Assembly (NCBI GenBank): GCA_001600695.1 | Contig: BCKQ01000019.1 | Coordinates: 231,665-272,881 of the forward strand | Source of the DNA: Ascoidea asiatica JCM 7603 | Taxonomy: Eukaryota > Fungi > Ascomycota | Length of the DNA stretch: 41,217 bases | Reading direction: 5' to 3' | In this document: positions 1 through 10,748 of the stretch, one piece after another | Numbering within the stretch: position 1 is the first letter of the stretch | Layout of the letters: each line of letters starts with the position of its first letter | Notes under the pieces: model-generated | Database searches by the model: none | Told to the model about the DNA's origin: nothing | What the model saw: the letters and a program-made list of their open reading frames with translations, nothing else | Translations under genes and position numbers: made by a program

Positions 1-1
1 T

Positions 2-84
2 GGAGGGTTGGCCGAGTGGTCTAAGGCGGTAGACTTAAGATCTACTGGGAAATTCCCGCGCGAGTTCGAACCTCGCATCCTTCA
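2..84 (+). tRNA. tRNA-Leu(UAA)
   Basis: Cloverleaf: acceptor GGAGGGT/ATCCTTC, anticodon arm GTAGA-ctTAAga-TCTAC, long variable arm GGGA-aat-TCCC, T-loop GTTCGAA. T-run terminator follows. Closely resembles yeast tL(UAA). Confidence 0.97.
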
Positions 85-185
85 TTTTCTTTTTTGTTTT
101 TGTCATATATTCATTTATAGACAAATCTATCTAAAATAACATGCTTTTATCACAAAGTAGCTTCTATATTATTTCTATAATTTTA

Positions 186-259
186 GGTCCCTTGGCCCAG
201 TTGGTTAAGGCATCGTGCTAATAACGCGGGGATCAGCAGTTCGATCCTGCTAGGAACCA
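186..259 (+). tRNA. tRNA-Ile(AAU)
   Basis: A-box TGGCCCAGTTGG, anticodon loop ctAATaa, B-box GTTCGATCC. Resembles yeast tI(AAU). One C.A mismatch in the acceptor stem (189/255). Confidence 0.95.
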
Positions 260-470
260 TAAATGATCCTTTTTTTATTTTCTTTTGTTCTACTTCCTTT
301 CATTTTTATTCATTTTTTTCATTTCTTAGGTTGTTCCCAATGAGAAATGTTTTAAATCTCTCAATCTTTTAACTTTTTTTGATCATTTTAGGAAGCTTTT
401 AAATCTTAAGTTTTCTTTCAGTTATTATTAGAAAACAAAAGAAAAAAAAGAAAAAAAAAAAGGTATAAAA

Positions 471-2011
471 ATGGAAGAAATTTCTTCAATGATTTTAATT
501 AAATTAAAAGAAATTGCAGAATTAAAATTAGGTTTTAAAATTAAAAATTCTATAATTACAGTACCTGCTTATTTTAATAATTCTCAAAGAAATGCAACAA
601 AAAGTTGTGGGATTATTGCAGGTTTAAATATTTTAAGAATTATTAATGAACCAACTGCACTGCAGCTGCAATTTCTTTTGGTTTTGATAAAAAATATTTA
701 GATAATAATGAACATTTAATTTTAATTTTTGATTTTGGTGGTGGTACTTTAGATATTTCATTATTATCAATAATTAAAAAAACTTTTAATATTAAAAAAA
801 CTTCTGGAAATTTACATTTAGGTGGTGAAGATTTTGATAATATTTTAGTTAATTATTGTATTGAACAATTTCAAGGAAAATATAAAAAAGATTTAAGTTC
901 AAATAAAAGATCATTATCATTATTAAAAAATCATTGTGAAAAGGCAAAAATTTTATTATCAAGTTTAAAAAAAGTTGAAATTTATATTGATTCTCTTTTT
1001 GAAGGTATTGATTTTGAAATTAATATTACTAGAAATCAATTTGAAGAAATTTCAAAAGATATTTTTAATTCAATTAATGAACCATTAGAAGAAATTTTTG
1101 AAGATTCAATAAATCAAAAAAATATTAAAAATTTTAAAAAATCTGATATTGAATAAGTTATTTTAGTTGGAGGTTCAACTTTTATACCAAAAGTAAGAGA
1201 TTATGTTTCTGAATTTTTTAATGGTAAAAAATTAAATATTTCTGATGATTGTGAAGAAGCTGTGGTTAAAGGTGCTGCAATTTTTGCTTCTGTTCTTAAT
1301 GGTGATAAATCTTTAAATATTGAAGATTTAAAATTAAATGATATTACTCCATTAAGTTTAGGTTCTGAAGTTTTAGGTGGAAAGATGAAAGTAGTAATTC
1401 CAAAAATTACTGAAATTCCAGTATCAAGAACAGAGACTTTTATAACTATTGAGGATAATCAAACATCTATAAGCTCTGATATTCTTGAAGGAGAAAGACC
1501 AATGGCAAAAGATAATCATTTTCTTAGAGAATTTATACTTGAAGGAATTCCACCATTACCAAGAGGTGTAACTAAGACGTTTAAAACTTTTTCAGTTGAT
1601 GAAAATGGAATTTTAACTGTTACTGGAGAAGTTTATACCAATGGAATTGCAACAAATAAAGAAATTTTAAAAATTGAGGGTGGTGAAAATAAATTATGCA
1701 AAGAAAAAATTCAAGAAATGATTAAAAGTGCAAAGATGTTAAAAGAAGAAGATTTAAAAGAAACAGAAAGAATTGATACTTGGCTTAATTTGGAACAATA
1801 TTGTTATGATATTAAAACTAAAGCTAAAAGTATGAATTTTATAAATAAAATGGGAGAATTTAATGTTCTGAGATTGAATTCTGCAGTTAATGAAGTTTCT
1901 GAAAAATTAGACTATTTAAAAGGTTGTCCAATTGAAATTAATCAAGAAAAGGAAAGAAACTTAAAGCTTATAATTGATCCAATTGTTAAAGTTTATGAAT
2001 CAAGAAAATAG
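471..2011 (+). pseudogene. 5'-truncated, disrupted cytosolic-type Hsp70 pseudogene
   Basis: Hsp70 motifs [62 protein letters not shown]. The N-terminal GIDLGTT region is absent. A 5-bp duplication (ACTGC x2, ~654-663) shifts the frame, and there is an in-frame TAA at 1154-1156. No EEVD tail. Confidence 0.9.
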
Positions 2012-2231
2012 TTTCTATGAAAGTATTTATTTTTTGATTATTATCTTTATATAATCTTTTTATTCTCATTTTATTCTCTTTTTATATTTCTTTTAAAGCT
2101 TTCAGATTATTCCGAAAAGCCGTTTAATTTTTATAGCCGTTAAGAAAATAAAAAGTAAATAAATAAGCAACATAAATAAATAACATATAAAAGAGAAGTT
2201 ATATTTATATTGATCAAGAGTAATAATAATA

Positions 2232-3725
2232 ATGGAGAGTGTATTATCAAGAGACTTGAGTTCTTTAGAAAACTATTACAGAGTGAGAAATGAAAAGAAA
2301 TTATATACAAATTTCACTATCACTGGAATTTATAATATTAAAATTACATATAAAATATTATTCAAAGTGATAAAAGAATTGATTAATCAATTTACTGTTT
2401 TTACATTAAATGTATTTAAAGAGAATAGTAAATATGTTTTGAAACCAGTTAATTTTATTAAATTCAATACTATTATTAAATTTGTTAATCTTATAAACAA
2501 TAAGAATAATGAAATTATTGTTGATTATATTCAAGAGAATATTCAAAATTATAAATTTGAGTATAATAAAATTGATGAACCTTTATGGAAATTGGTAATT
2601 ATTAATAATAATTCAATTATATTTTATTGTGATCATATTTTATTTGATGGATGTTCAGGAATGAATTTTCATAAAGTATTTTTAAAGATTTTAAATGAAA
2701 TTGTTAATAATGAAAGTGAAGAAAGTAAAACAGATAATGAAGAGATTGAAGAGATTGAAGAGATTGAAGATACTAAAGAAGATGAAAAAGTATTTAATTT
2801 GGTTAAAGATAAAGAGATTTTAAATAAAATTACTCCAGCTATATGTGAATATATTAATTTCAAACCATCTCTAAGTTATATTTCAATGTGTATTATAAAT
2901 GAATTCATTCCAATATCAATAATTGAAAAATTGAATAAAATATATAATAAAATTTTTTCAGGTAATAATTCTTTTGAAATTAATAAAAAATTAATTGGAA
3001 ATTTATATTTAAATAATAAAATAATTAATATTCCTGGAGATTTAAATAATAATTATAAATTAATTAATATAAATCAAGAAATTTCAATAAAACTTTTGAA
3101 ATTAATTAAAAAAAGACAAATAAAATTAACTTCATTCTTAATTTATATTTTCTCAAAATCTTTATCAATTATTACTCTTTTTAATGATATTTTATTTTCA
3201 GTTCCTATAAATATAAGAAAAATGATTATGAAAGAAGATAATAATGATATAAATGATGAATTTATGTTAGCTATTTCAACAATAAATTTACAATTACCTT
3301 CATTATATGAAAATGAAATTATTGGAATAGATTGGAAATTTATAAAATCATTTAATGATCATTTACAAGATAAACTTAGTAATAAAAATCATATTCAATA
3401 TATTGGAATGTTAGATTATATTAATCTTGAAGATTTTTTCAATCATAGAATTAAAAGTTCAAGAAAGACATTATTTGAAATTTCTAATCTTGGAATCTTG
3501 AAATTGAATTCATCAAATGAAGATAAAGCTATAAAACTTGTTGATTTGATATTCACTCAACCTATTGGTTGTGTGAGTGATGATTATTTTTGTTTGAATG
3601 TAATAAGTACTGAGATTGGAGGTATAAATATTGTGATTACTTCATTTAGAGAATATGAAAAAGAAATGGAAAAGGTTTATCAAATCTTCAATTCCCTCTT
3701 GGATGTTTGTTATAACCTAGAGTAA
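2232..3725 (+). CDS. Alcohol acetyltransferase / N-acetyltransferase (Atf/Sli1, AATase family)
   Basis: 497-aa ORF with HxxxDG catalytic motif (HILFDG) preceded by PLWKL. C-terminal EISNLG and LNVIST..GG motifs are typical of the family. Confidence 0.85.
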   Translation: MESVLSRDLSSLENYYRVRNEKKLYTNFTITGIYNIKITYKILFKVIKELINQFTVFTLNVFKENSKYVLKPVNFIKFNTIIKFVNLINNKNNEIIVDYIQENIQNYKFEYNKIDEPLWKLVIINNNSIIFYCDHILFDGCSGMNFHKVFLKILNEIVNNESEESKTDNEEIEEIEEIEDTKEDEKVFNLVKDKEILNKITPAICEYINFKPSLSYISMCIINEFIPISIIEKLNKIYNKIFSGNNSFEINKKLIGNLYLNNKIINIPGDLNNNYKLININQEISIKLLKLIKKRQIKLTSFLIYIFSKSLSIITLFNDILFSVPINIRKMIMKEDNNDINDEFMLAISTINLQLPSLYENEIIGIDWKFIKSFNDHLQDKLSNKNHIQYIGMLDYINLEDFFNHRIKSSRKTLFEISNLGILKLNSSNEDKAIKLVDLIFTQPIGCVSDDYFCLNVISTEIGGINIVITSFREYEKEMEKVYQIFNSLLDVCYNLE

Positions 3726-3970
3726 TAATCTAATATCAATCACTTACAATCATTCATGTTTCTTCTGTTTCTTCTCTTACTTCTCTTACTTCTGTTACTT
3801 TTGTTTCTTCTGTTACTTTTGTTACTTCTGTTTATATTACTCTGTAAATTAAGTTTGTGGTTCGTCCTGGACACTGTCCTAAAGCAGGTCCTATATATTT
3901 GTTGCACCTAGCCTAAATATTTGTCCTAATTGATGTCCTATATTTTACTATTTTACACACTAGATAATAT

Positions 3971-4002
3971 CCAATCACGTGGCTTTTTTATGGTGTTACC
4001 CG
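3971..4002 (+). promoter_or_regulatory. General-regulatory-factor sites upstream of NMD2: CCAAT, Cbf1-type TCACGTG, Reb1-type TTACCCG
   Basis: CCAAT 3971-3975, CACGTG 3976-3981, TTACCCG 3996-4002, about 400 bp upstream of the ATG in otherwise AT-rich DNA. Confidence 0.55.
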
Positions 4003-4398
4003 CCTCAGATTCACTTTTTTGAATTTTTGAATTTTGATTTTTGAATTGTTTTTTAAAGCTATTTTAGAAACTGAATTAAAAAAAGTGCAATTTCCTTTAA
4101 ATTTACACCTTTTTTTTAACTTATTCTTGACTTTTAAAGCTTCTATTTAACAATTATATCTTATAAGAAATTGATTAATATTCACTTGGTTAATGATTAG
4201 AACAATAACAAGTCTCTTAGGAATATATGGAACTTTAATGATCTTAATTAACTAATCTGCTCAACAGCCGCCAATAAATCAAACATAAATCAAACATAAA
4301 TCAATCATCAATCAAATAATCTCACAAATCACTTAAATTGTCAATTAAAATTAATATACAGTATAACTTATGTCTTAATTTAAAATTAAAACAAAATA

Positions 4399-7300
4399 AT
4401 GTCAACTTTAATCTCATATAATGATAAATCTGATTCAAATGATATAACTAATAATATCAATGATAATGAAGATATAGATTTAATTATTTATCCAATAATT
4501 GATCAAAATCATTTAAATGAATTAATTTCAAATTCAACTTTAAATCAAAGAAAATTACAATTATTGAAATCAAATGTTTTAATTTATGAAAATTTTGTAA
4601 AGTTTAATGCTTCTAATAATAATAATAACAATAATAATAATAATATTCCTGATAGTATCAATAATAATAATGATAACAATAATAATATATCTCCAAGTTT
4701 GAATTCAAATCCGGCAAATTTTAAATTATCCAAGAATTTAGATTCTTCATTAAAGAAAAATCTTTCATTTATTAAAAAATTTAAAAATTCAGTCCCAATT
4801 CAATCAATTAATTCTTCTCAATCAATAAACTCAAATTCAAGTTTAAATTCAAATTCAAATACATCTCAAAGCTTGAGTTCAAATTCAAATTCAAATTCAA
4901 TTTCAAATTCAATTTCAAATTCAAATTCAAATACAAATACAAGTTTAAATTTAATAACAAATATAAATTCAATATTAAATGATATTTCAAATTTAAATTT
5001 ATTTAAATATTTATCTGAATTTATACCTTTATTATATTATAATATAATTTATAAAATTAAAATTATTGAAATTAATAACCTTTTAGAAATTTTATCTTTT
5101 TTAAATTTTAGATTCAATTTACATTTTCAAAAAATTATCTTTAATTTATTCTTAAATGATCTTTTAACACCAATTTCAAATCCAATTAATTATAATCAAA
5201 ATAATACTCAAAATATTGATGATAATAATTATATTATAGATAAAGAAATTTTATTAAAATCAAATTTAAAAAGAAGTTTATTAAGAATTTTTATTGAATG
5301 TTATTTGATTGGTTTATTTAATGATATTAATATATTTTCAAAGGATATAATAAATTCAAATAATTTAATTAAAAAATTTATACAAAAATATAATTTAGAT
5401 AATAAAGATAAAGATAAAGATAAAGATAAAGATAAAGATAAAGAAAAGAGTGAAAATAATTTATTAATTTCTTTATTAAAAGAAAATTTATCTTCTCAAA
5501 ATGATTTATATAATGGTATAAATATAAATATAGTTTCAATGTTCATAAAAAGATTTTATTATCTTTTTCCTCTTAATAATATTATAAAAAAATCAATTCA
5601 AGATGAAAATAAAATTGAAAATGAAATTATTCAATTACAATTACCTTTTAAAAATGATTTATTCATTATTTTACCATTCTTAAATAATAATTTTCAATTA
5701 AATTTATTAAATTTATTCAAAATTTATTTTAAAAAATTATCTGAATTTACAAAAAAATTAAATTATAAATCAATTAAACAAGAATTAAAATTTAAAGAAA
5801 TTTCAATAAAAACTGGAAAATTAAAAGATGAATATAAATTAAAATTAGATAATTTAATAATTTTTTATAATAAATTTAAAAATTTAATTGAAAATTTTCA
5901 AAAATTTTTATTTTTTAAAATTCCAAATTTAAATAAACTTTCAGATTTAAATAAATTCAAATTATTAAAAGAATTTGAAACTTTATCAAATTTATCTTCA
6001 AATATTAATATTAATTCAATAAAAAATAAAAATGATTTAAATAATGATATTAATTCAAATTCTTTAAATAATGGTTCAAAATTATCAATTTGGTCAAGTA
6101 ATGATGAAAAAAGCTTTTATGAAGATTTGCCTGATTTAAAATTAAAAATCTCTGAAGAGATTTTAAATCAAGATTTAAATAAACAACAACAATCATCAAT
6201 CACCACTAATAATATTACTAATAATAGTAAAATTAAATCAATGGGTGAAAAAATGACTGAATTTTTAAATAGTTTACAATCTGTTTCTAATAAAACTGAA
6301 ATTGATAATTGTGCTTATACCTATTGGTTAGAAAATTTAAATAATAAAGCATCATATCAAAGATTATATAAATTCTTAATTGATAATACTGAATTAAGAA
6401 ATACTAAATTTTATTCAAGATTTTTAAAAATTAATGAACTTTATTTAAAAAAATTAATTGATGAAATTATAAATTATTTAGATTTAAAATTTAAATCTCA
6501 AATATTTTATGATAATAACTATGTTGATTTTAAAACTATAAGTTTTTATTGTGAATTAATAAAATTTAATTTAATTCCTTCTCATTTAATTTTTAATAAA
6601 ATTATTTCATTAATTTCAAATTTAACATATTCTGGAAATATTGAAATGTTAGAAATTTTCTTAGATAATTGTGGAAGATTTTTAATTTATAATGAAAATT
6701 TAGAATATCAAAAATTAATGGAACAAATGATTAATTCTTTAATCAAAATAAAAAATGAAAATAAATTATTAACTAAGGATGATAAGTTAGCTATTGATAA
6801 CTTCTTATTAGTTCTAAAACCACAAGATTTAAAAAAAATTAACTCAATGGAAGATAAATTAAATGAAATCAAAAATCCTCAAGTTTTATTCATGAAAAGG
6901 TTAATTAGAAAAGAATTATCAACTTCAAATTATTATACTATTTTTATTATATTAAGAAAATTAGATTGGGAAAATCAAAAAATTCAACCTTATCCTCAAC
7001 CAGATCCCCTTTTAAAACCTCAACTAAAAGAAAATGAAGAATCTGATATTAATCATAATGAAGGTGAAACTAGCATAGAAGCAACTCCACTTCTAGATGT
7101 TCATTCGAAATCTATCTATGAGAAAATTTCCAATGATGATACATCTGTATCGGATGAGTTGAAAAAAAATAAAGAAACTGAAACTAAAGAAAATGTTCCT
7201 ATTATCTATAATGACTCTATTCAAGGGCTTAAAAAATTATTTGATGAACCAGAAGAAATTAATTATGAAAATATAATTCCATTAGTTAAAATTTTAAAAC

Positions 7301-8541
7301 TTTTAAGTAAATCTCATAACGTCAAGTACCAAGACTTTGTTATTGAGGTTGTTGATACTTTGCTTGAAAATATTCAATTTGCTTTAGAAAATAATGATTA
7401 TAGGAAAAATAGAAAAAGATTAGCACATATCAAATATTTAGGAGAAATGTTTAATCATAAATTAGTTGGTTTCCCATTATGTTTAGATATTTGTTATAGA
7501 ATTTTATATTTTGGTTATATTGGTTTGAAACCAGGTTCAATAAATGAATTTGATCCAAGAGGAAATTATTTTAGAATTCATTTGATAACTAGTTTTTTTT
7601 TAACTATATCTCATACACTTAATTTTTCAATTAAGAAATCTGGTGGTAAAGTGAAAAATAAAAAAAGAAAAACAAAAATTTCTTCTACAAAACTTAATAA
7701 GTTTTTAATTTATTTTAATTATTATATTTATTCAAAAGAGTTACCATTACCAATTGAACTTGAATTCAAACTTCATAATATGTTTAAAGAAGTTAAAAAA
7801 GATTTTGAATACAAAGATAATTTAAAAGATGCATTTGAAATGTTAAAGAAACTTCAAAATGAAGAGAATGCTGCAATTGCAGCTTCAGCTATTTCATCTG
7901 TGAATGAATCAAATATTAATTCTAAAATCACTAAAAGTGTTTCATCATCAATAGTTGATGGTGATGGTCGAGATAACTCTGAAAATGATTCTGATGGAGA
8001 TGATGATGATGAAGATTCAGACGACGATGAAGATGATGATGATGATGATGATAATAATTCAGAAGATGATTCGGAAGATGATTCTAATGATGATGAAGAT
8101 GATGAAGAAGATTCAATTGTCAAGAAAAATGGAGAAGAATTAGATGTTCATAAAAGAAATGATGATAAAGAATTGAATGAAATAAATGAAGAAGATCGAA
8201 AAATTGAAAATGAATTTGAAAAAGAATATCGTAAAATTTTTCATGATAGTATTGAAGCTAGTAAAACTGAAAAAAGGTCAAGATTTAATGCACCAATTCC
8301 ATCAAGATCAATTATTGAAAGTTCATCAATTGATTGTTCTATAGATAATATTAATAAAAAACTGACAAATGGTAAGATTCCATTTGCTTTAGCTATGAAA
8401 TCCAATAGAGGAAAAATTGTTGTTAGAAAAGTTGAACTTTCTAAAGATGATAAATTAGTTTTAGATAGATTACAAGAAGTTGAAAAACATAAAGATGAAC
8501 GTGAGAAGATTAAAAATATTGTTTTGAATAATATAGATTAA
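4399..8541 (+). CDS. NMD2: Nonsense-mediated decay factor Upf2
   Basis: 1380 aa. LDSSLKKN motif, MIF4G-like helical blocks (IW..DEKSFYEDLPDL; NIEMLEIFLDNCGRFL; RKRLAHIKYLGEMFN; YFRIHLI), an acidic D/E tract, then the Upf1-binding C-terminus (FEKEYRKI..DS..IPFAL). Confidence 0.93.
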   Translation: MSTLISYNDKSDSNDITNNINDNEDIDLIIYPIIDQNHLNELISNSTLNQRKLQLLKSNVLIYENFVKFNASNNNNNNNNNNIPDSINNNNDNNNNISPSLNSNPANFKLSKNLDSSLKKNLSFIKKFKNSVPIQSINSSQSINSNSSLNSNSNTSQSLSSNSNSNSISNSISNSNSNTNTSLNLITNINSILNDISNLNLFKYLSEFIPLLYYNIIYKIKIIEINNLLEILSFLNFRFNLHFQKIIFNLFLNDLLTPISNPINYNQNNTQNIDDNNYIIDKEILLKSNLKRSLLRIFIECYLIGLFNDINIFSKDIINSNNLIKKFIQKYNLDNKDKDKDKDKDKDKEKSENNLLISLLKENLSSQNDLYNGININIVSMFIKRFYYLFPLNNIIKKSIQDENKIENEIIQLQLPFKNDLFIILPFLNNNFQLNLLNLFKIYFKKLSEFTKKLNYKSIKQELKFKEISIKTGKLKDEYKLKLDNLIIFYNKFKNLIENFQKFLFFKIPNLNKLSDLNKFKLLKEFETLSNLSSNININSIKNKNDLNNDINSNSLNNGSKLSIWSSNDEKSFYEDLPDLKLKISEEILNQDLNKQQQSSITTNNITNNSKIKSMGEKMTEFLNSLQSVSNKTEIDNCAYTYWLENLNNKASYQRLYKFLIDNTELRNTKFYSRFLKINELYLKKLIDEIINYLDLKFKSQIFYDNNYVDFKTISFYCELIKFNLIPSHLIFNKIISLISNLTYSGNIEMLEIFLDNCGRFLIYNENLEYQKLMEQMINSLIKIKNENKLLTKDDKLAIDNFLLVLKPQDLKKINSMEDKLNEIKNPQVLFMKRLIRKELSTSNYYTIFIILRKLDWENQKIQPYPQPDPLLKPQLKENEESDINHNEGETSIEATPLLDVHSKSIYEKISNDDTSVSDELKKNKETETKENVPIIYNDSIQGLKKLFDEPEEINYENIIPLVKILKLLSKSHNVKYQDFVIEVVDTLLENIQFALENNDYRKNRKRLAHIKYLGEMFNHKLVGFPLCLDICYRILYFGYIGLKPGSINEFDPRGNYFRIHLITSFFLTISHTLNFSIKKSGGKVKNKKRKTKISSTKLNKFLIYFNYYIYSKELPLPIELEFKLHNMFKEVKKDFEYKDNLKDAFEMLKKLQNEENAAIAASAISSVNESNINSKITKSVSSSIVDGDGRDNSENDSDGDDDDEDSDDDEDDDDDDDNNSEDDSEDDSNDDEDDEEDSIVKKNGEELDVHKRNDDKELNEINEEDRKIENEFEKEYRKIFHDSIEASKTEKRSRFNAPIPSRSIIESSSIDCSIDNINKKLTNGKIPFALAMKSNRGKIVVRKVELSKDDKLVLDRLQEVEKHKDEREKIKNIVLNNID

Positions 8542-9080
8542 TGGATATAATGTGAACTAAATTTATGTAACTTAGCTGATTTAATTTATGAGTATTATTT
8601 GAGATAATGTTGAAACTTAATAGAGAAAAACTTTTTAAGTCTTAGTTTCAATTGCAATTTCTGATTAGGCTTTAAGGCTTTTAGTTAAGATTTAAGAAAT
8701 TGTTTTAAAATTGCTAGAATCTTCAAGACTGAATTGAATTATATTGATGATTAATTTAGTTAATTAAAGATAGGATTAATGAATCTTAAAGGATCTATAT
8801 ATTTGCAATTGGAAATAATTTGTATGAGCTTTTAATAATTATAAATAAATTTATATATAAATGGTAAATGAAAATTAGAGTAAAAAATTGGAATGAAATG
8901 ACTAGTTAAAAATAATAGATTTTAGTAAATAAGGTATATATACTAAAGAACTATATATGAAAGGGTATGAGTAATAAAGATTAGATAAGATTAGATAAGA
9001 TTAGATTAGATTAAATTAGCAGTAGAAAATTTTGTTTATAAAAATAATAAATGAATTATTAATTAATATAGGAGATTAAA

Positions 9081-10352
9081 TTAAACATTTAATTGATCTA
9101 ATTTATTGGTTAATTCATCAGTTTCAAATTCTTCTTCAAATAGTTTTTCTAATTCAAGAATATCAATACCATCATCTTCATCATCTTCATCATCATCATC
9201 ATCATTATCATCATTATCATCTTCAGCATCATCATCATCTTCAGCATCACTTTCAGGTTCTTCTAAATCTTCTAAATCATCTAAAGAACCATTTCTTTTT
9301 GATAAAATTTCAATAATTTCATCAATTTCAATTTTATTTTTATTTTCATTATCAAGAATATTACCATTAATTTCTAAGAATTTTAAATTTTTATTTAATT
9401 TTAAATAATTAATTAAAATTGGTAAAACAGATTGATTAAATTCAGCAAATTGTAATTTTAAATGAGTTAAATTAATTAAATTAAATTTAATTAAATTTTC
9501 AATTAAATTTAAAGTACCTTTATTTGATAAAAGACAATCATTTAAATTTAAAATTTTTAAATTTTTTGACCAATTTTTTAAATTTTTTGATAAAATTTTA
9601 CTTGATTTAATTGTTAAAGTATTATCTTGTAAATTTAAATTTGATAAATTTAATAAATTTGATAAACCAAAATTAATTAAATTTGAAATACCATTTGGTC
9701 TTATACCATTTTGATATAATTTTATAGTTTTTAAATTTTTATTTTCTTTAAAAGCAATTGCAAAAGATTTCATTGAATTATTTTCTAATCTATTTCTACC
9801 ACAAATAAAAGTTAATAAAGGTAATTTATTTAATTTTTTTTTATTTTTTGATAATTTATATAAAGATTTTGCAATTAATGAACCTGCAATTGGACCCATA
9901 CCATTATTTGATAAAATTAAATGTTGTAAAGAGATTGCATTTGAAATATAAATTTCTATTGGTTTTATAGTTTGTAAACCAAAAGCATTATCAGATAAAT
10001 TTAAAATTTTTAAATTTTTAAAAATTAATAAAGTTTTAAATAAATAATTTAAAGAAATTGGAATTTCAGTATTTAATCTACCTGTGAATAAATCACTAAA
10101 ATTTATTTCAATTATTGAATTTTTTTGAAAATCATTTAAATTTTTTAAAATTATATTATAAAATTCTTTTGAAGCTTCAATACCAATTGTATTACCACTA
10201 AAATCAATTTTTTTTAAAAATTTAATTTTAATTAAATCATTTAAATATGGTTTAATATCATTTGCAGTATCAAATTTTAAAGCTTTACCTGCAATTGAAT
10301 AAGTTTCTTCTGGTTTAATATCTGGAATAAATTCAGCATCTAAAGTGGCCAT
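9081..10352 (-). CDS. RNA1: Ran GTPase-activating protein
   Basis: YSIAGKALK, SGNTIGIEAS, DLFTGRL, LSDNAFG, ICGRNRLEN, LYQNGIRP LRR motifs and an acidic C-terminal tail. Confidence 0.97.
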   Translation of the reverse strand: MATLDAEFIPDIKPEETYSIAGKALKFDTANDIKPYLNDLIKIKFLKKIDFSGNTIGIEASKEFYNIILKNLNDFQKNSIIEINFSDLFTGRLNTEIPISLNYLFKTLLIFKNLKILNLSDNAFGLQTIKPIEIYISNAISLQHLILSNNGMGPIAGSLIAKSLYKLSKNKKKLNKLPLLTFICGRNRLENNSMKSFAIAFKENKNLKTIKLYQNGIRPNGISNLINFGLSNLLNLSNLNLQDNTLTIKSSKILSKNLKNWSKNLKILNLNDCLLSNKGTLNLIENLIKFNLINLTHLKLQFAEFNQSVLPILINYLKLNKNLKFLEINGNILDNENKNKIEIDEIIEILSKRNGSLDDLEDLEEPESDAEDDDDAEDDNDDNDDDDDEDDEDDGIDILELEKLFEEEFETDELTNKLDQLNV

Positions 10353-10516
10353 TTTAATTACTTCTTACTTCTTACTTCTTACTTCTTAATTCTTCAATTA
10401 CTTGATTATTTCATTATTTCTTTATTTCATTGTTTCATTGTTTATTTCTTTTGGAAAGTTCTGAGAAAAGTTGAAAAATGCCAGAATTTGAAAAGAAAAA
10501 GAATTTTTAGGTCTTT

Positions 10517-10561
10517 CCGCGGCGGATCTGGCCGTGGCGCGGATTACGTCAGCACGCGGAT
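10517..10561. promoter_or_regulatory. GC-rich core of the divergent RNA1/MRX15 promoter
   Basis: Isolated GC-rich patch between head-to-head genes: CCGCGG (10517), CRE-like TTACGTCA (10544-10551), three GCGGAT at 10522/10539/10556. Confidence 0.5.
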
Positions 10562-10748
10562 ATTTTTATTAATTTTTTAAAATTCATCAACAAAAGAAAT
10601 AAATGAGAAATAAATAAAGAATGTAATGGAAATAATGAAGAAGAAGAAGAAGAAGAAGAAGAAGAAGAAGATGATGAATTGAAGTGAGGGAAGGAAGTGA
10701 AGGAAGTGAAGGATTGAAGAAAGGAAGAAAGGAGAATATTATTAGATA

